From Psilocybe cubensis (lineage: Eukaryota): a stretch of 64,000 bases of DNA. The notes below the pieces were generated by a model, which saw only the letters and a list, made by a program, of their open reading frames with translations, did not search any database and was not told the DNA's origin. The number at the start of each line of letters is the position of its first letter. The stretch's first letter is position 1. The DNA lies in contig CM039002.1 in assembly GCA_017499595.2 (NCBI GenBank), forward strand, positions 930,001-994,000, in the 5' to 3' direction. The position numbers and the translations under genes are program-made. Shown here piece by piece: positions 62,860 to 64,000 of this stretch.

Positions 62860-64000
62860 ATGGCTACGCCCTCGTCCTCAGCCACGTCCCCCTCGCCCCC
62901 AATGCCTTATCTCCCCGCAACCCAGCAGCCCGCTGCCTCCCAGGACCAAGACGACGAGCAGCAGACGAGGACCAAAGCCGTACAAAAGTTCCTCGCTAGA
63001 GCAGAGGTCGCAATGGTATGTAGCCCCTCCTCCCCTCCCTACCCTCCGACGCGTTGGCGTCGACGCCTTCCGAGCTGCGCGGAGTCCCCTCAGCCCATCC
63101 GTCCGTCATGTCCAGCCAGCCAGTCCCCATGCAGCTAATTTACATCTCATATTTCACGTTAAATCTAGTACAAAGTTCTTACTCATGTTTCTGCTAGGTA
63201 ACCCGCGCGCTGCGAACGCGTCTGGCGTACGCCTCGTACAAGGCCACCCACAATGTCCCACACGTCCCACTACGCGACCTCGAGGCGCAGAACCAGGGCC
63301 AAGCGGCCTCCTTCAACCGCACCGTCGCAGCGAAACGCAAGGCCGTCGGTGCGGCTCCAACGTATTACACCCAGGGTCAGGGTTCCAGCAGCGCAGGCAC
63401 CATGCGCCGAGGCCCACCAGGCCCCATGGCCCCTCCTCCATCCACATCCACCGCGATCTCATCACCACGCACGCACGCCTACCCACCCTCCGCACCCAGC
63501 ACACCAGGCTACGCAAGCTACCACGCCGCCGCCGCCACGATGCGGAACATCACCCACGCGCACTACCAACACCAACAGCAAACGGCCCAAGCGCCGCCGA
63601 ACCTGTACTCGTCCATCCTCGCCCCGCCGCCGACGAACAGGGCGAGGACGATACATAACCCGAATGATCCGCCCATCCCGGCGCCTGCGCGTCCGGTCGC
63701 TGGGCCGTCTCCGCGGTTGCGCGCACAGCACCAGCAGCAGCAGCAGGAGAAGAAGAAGATGTCGTCGCCGCGCGGTGAGACGCATCGCGATCGCGATCGG
63801 GAGCGGGAGCGTGTGCAGGGCAAGGCGAAGCAGGCGATCAAACCGGGCAAGCTGCCCGCGTCGCCTGACAGACGGCGGACCAAGGGCGGCAGTGGCAGCG
63901 GCGGCGGGTCAATGGATAAAGGCAAACAAAAGCAACACAACAAAAGCAATAGTATCAGTGCCAGTTCGGGCGAGGTGGATGTGGGTATGGGCGTGGATAT
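62860..64000 (+). CDS. Whi5/Nrm1-like G1/S transcription repressor domain protein; continues off the right edge
   Basis: AVQKFLARAEVAM|VTRALRTRLAYASYKATHNVPHVPLRDLE resembles the LxxRLxxAxxK (GTB) motif. A low-complexity S/T/P tail follows. Confidence 0.6.

Noticed and set aside
1-64000. CRISPR arrays, rRNA, tRNA or prokaryotic defence systems
   Set aside because: The sequence is eukaryotic with spliceosomal introns, and I saw no repeat-spacer array or RNA gene. A tRNAscan or Infernal run would be needed to exclude small RNAs.

Overview
This is a gene-dense, intron-rich fungal window. Short GT-AG introns of about 50-60 nt, microexons and the gene families present point to a basidiomycete, probably an agaricomycete mushroom. 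Housekeeping genes are eIF5, VTC1, a SIS1-type Hsp40, a PEX26-like gene, RAI1/DXO and a Whi5/Nrm1-like gene. Accessory paralogue sets are four F-box/LRR-like genes, four small permuted-papain-like genes (two with the His/Cys dyad, two without) and two DUF7918-like genes. A possible backbone-less metabolic cluster contains an MFS transporter, a P450, a CFS-like methyltransferase and an alpha/beta hydrolase. The most striking structure is a three-level nest. A full-length Ty1/Copia element (381-bp LTRs) sits inside an unclassified 22-bp-TIR DNA element, which sits inside intron 2 of a P-loop GTPase gene and stretches a 62-nt intron to 7.1 kb. A 790-bp pogo/Tigger-type deletion derivative is also present. 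Exon structures were read by eye, and family names come from motif recognition, not database searches.
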